In this document: positions 23,659 through 24,589 of the stretch, piece after piece
Layout: the number at the start of each line of letters is the position of its first letter
Position numbering within the stretch: position 1 is the first letter of the stretch
The notes under the pieces: generated by a model
The model's input: the letters and a program-made list of their open reading frames with translations, nothing else
What the model was told of the DNA's origin: nothing
Databases searched by the model: none
Position numbers and translations under genes: made by a program
Origin: a virus
Taxonomy: Duplodnaviria > Caudoviricetes
Reading direction: 5' to 3' (one strand)
Length of the DNA stretch: 24,589 bases
IMG/VR virus record: IMGVR_UViG_3300006169_000163
Location: 1 to 24,589 of that record

Positions 23659-24027
23659 TTGAAGAACACGAAGACGGCACCGACCAAGACGATCGGTGAA
23701 CTGAGGCAAGAAGCCGAAGAGTACCTCGAAGTCTCGATCGAAGACGGCGATCCGAGCCTGATGAGAGTGTGGCTCAAGGCGATCGGCGACGAGCGGGTCA
23801 GATGGCTCGATGATGACGAGCGACCGATCAGGGCGATCTTCACGATCGCGCAGATGGCCGACTCGGCTTCACGGTCGAAGGGCGAAGGGTGTGACCGTGC
23901 CCGTTGCTTGATCGATGCACTGCCGAAGCTCGGAAATATCGCGCTCGTGAGACTGATCGAAACCTATGGTCGAGGCACTGGCGACGCTCTCGACGAATTC
24001 GTCGATGCGATCGACAAGGTCGAATGA
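23659..24027 (+). CDS. hypothetical protein
   Basis: GGAG then TTG 23659, after two hairpins; the start could be 23590. Confidence 0.55.
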   Translation: MKNTKTAPTKTIGELRQEAEEYLEVSIEDGDPSLMRVWLKAIGDERVRWLDDDERPIRAIFTIAQMADSASRSKGEGCDRARCLIDALPKLGNIALVRLIETYGRGTGDALDEFVDAIDKVE

Positions 24028-24041
24028 CCCTCTTCAAGAGA

Positions 24042-24071
24042 AGCCCGAGCCAGTGCGTACTGGCTCGGGCT
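24042..24071. terminator. hairpin between convergent genes (likely terminator)
   Basis: 13-bp perfect stem AGCCCGAGCCAGT/ACTGGCTCGGGCT between the stops at 24027 and 24080. Confidence 0.7.
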
Positions 24072-24079
24072 CATCATCT

Positions 24080-24391
24080 TCAAGATGCGATCCCCGCGAA
24101 CCGTTCGAGGATCGACGGCGAGAGTCTCGTGATGTGCATGTTACCAAGGTGCCAACGTCGGCAGATGACCGGGGCTTGGTCGCCGCCATCCCACTCGATC
24201 CGACTGAGGTACACCGTCACTTCGCCGCCGTCGGGCACTTGTACCTTCACGTCGCCAGCCTGAACCCTCGGGTCTGGCTCTTTAAGATCGGTCGGTCGCT
24301 CACCGCCGAGGAACTCATAGATGTCGCCGATCAGTTCGGCAGTCGTGTTGTATCGACCGGCGAGAAGATCGGTCGCTGAAAGAGTCGTCAT
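24080..24391 (-). CDS. hypothetical protein
   Basis: GGAG SD and ATG 24391. Confidence 0.55.
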   Translation of the reverse strand: MTTLSATDLLAGRYNTTAELIGDIYEFLGGERPTDLKEPDPRVQAGDVKVQVPDGGEVTVYLSRIEWDGGDQAPVICRRWHLGNMHITRLSPSILERFAGIAS

Positions 24392-24499
24392 ATTGTGCTC
24401 TCCATGATGCACGTGTTGCTCGGCGGGTTTGCCGAGCGGCGAAGTACAATAGTGAATTTGCCCCGATAGGTGGGGACAAATTTTGGCCCGAAAGGCAAT

Positions 24500-24589
24500 T
24501 TAGACCTCAAAGTTCCGTCGTCTGTTCTCCATGATCCGCCGGAAGATCTCGTCTCTGACCTTGCCGCCCGTCATCTGGTAAAGACCCAT
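24500..24589 (-). CDS. probable 3' end of a gene truncated by the window edge
   Basis: Open frame ...MGLYQMTGGKVRDEIFRRIMENRRRNFEV then stop. Confidence 0.3.
   Translation of the reverse strand: MGLYQMTGGKVRDEIFRRIMENRRRNFEV

Overview
This window is the packaging, head and tail region of an HK97-type long-tailed phage or prophage; the tail-tip gene types resemble those of planctomycete phages, but the host is only inferred. The + strand carries a gp74-like HNH nuclease, small accessory genes around a cos-like site, a GroES-like gene, a free-standing HNH-AP2 homing endonuclease, terS, terL, portal, prohead protease, major capsid, connectors, major tail protein, tail chaperones with a -1 frameshift, tape measure and tail-tip genes. 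A - strand block encodes a small sigma-like protein, a methyltransferase, a glycosyltransferase and three probable tail-fibre or adhesin proteins. Two systems stand out. (1) The terL Walker A motif (KKNG|KTT) is split by a 51-nt in-frame insert with a stop codon and a perfect 19-bp hairpin, flanked by matched GGT codons, with a homing endonuclease gene just upstream; this closely parallels the T4 gene 60 ribosomal bypass and mobA cassette. (2) A T4 gp55-like minimal sigma factor occurs with about 15 TAnnTA motifs, most lying 4-5 nt before SD-less ATGs, suggesting a T4-style, largely leaderless late transcription programme in a siphovirus. All family calls come from motif recognition by eye; no searches were run.
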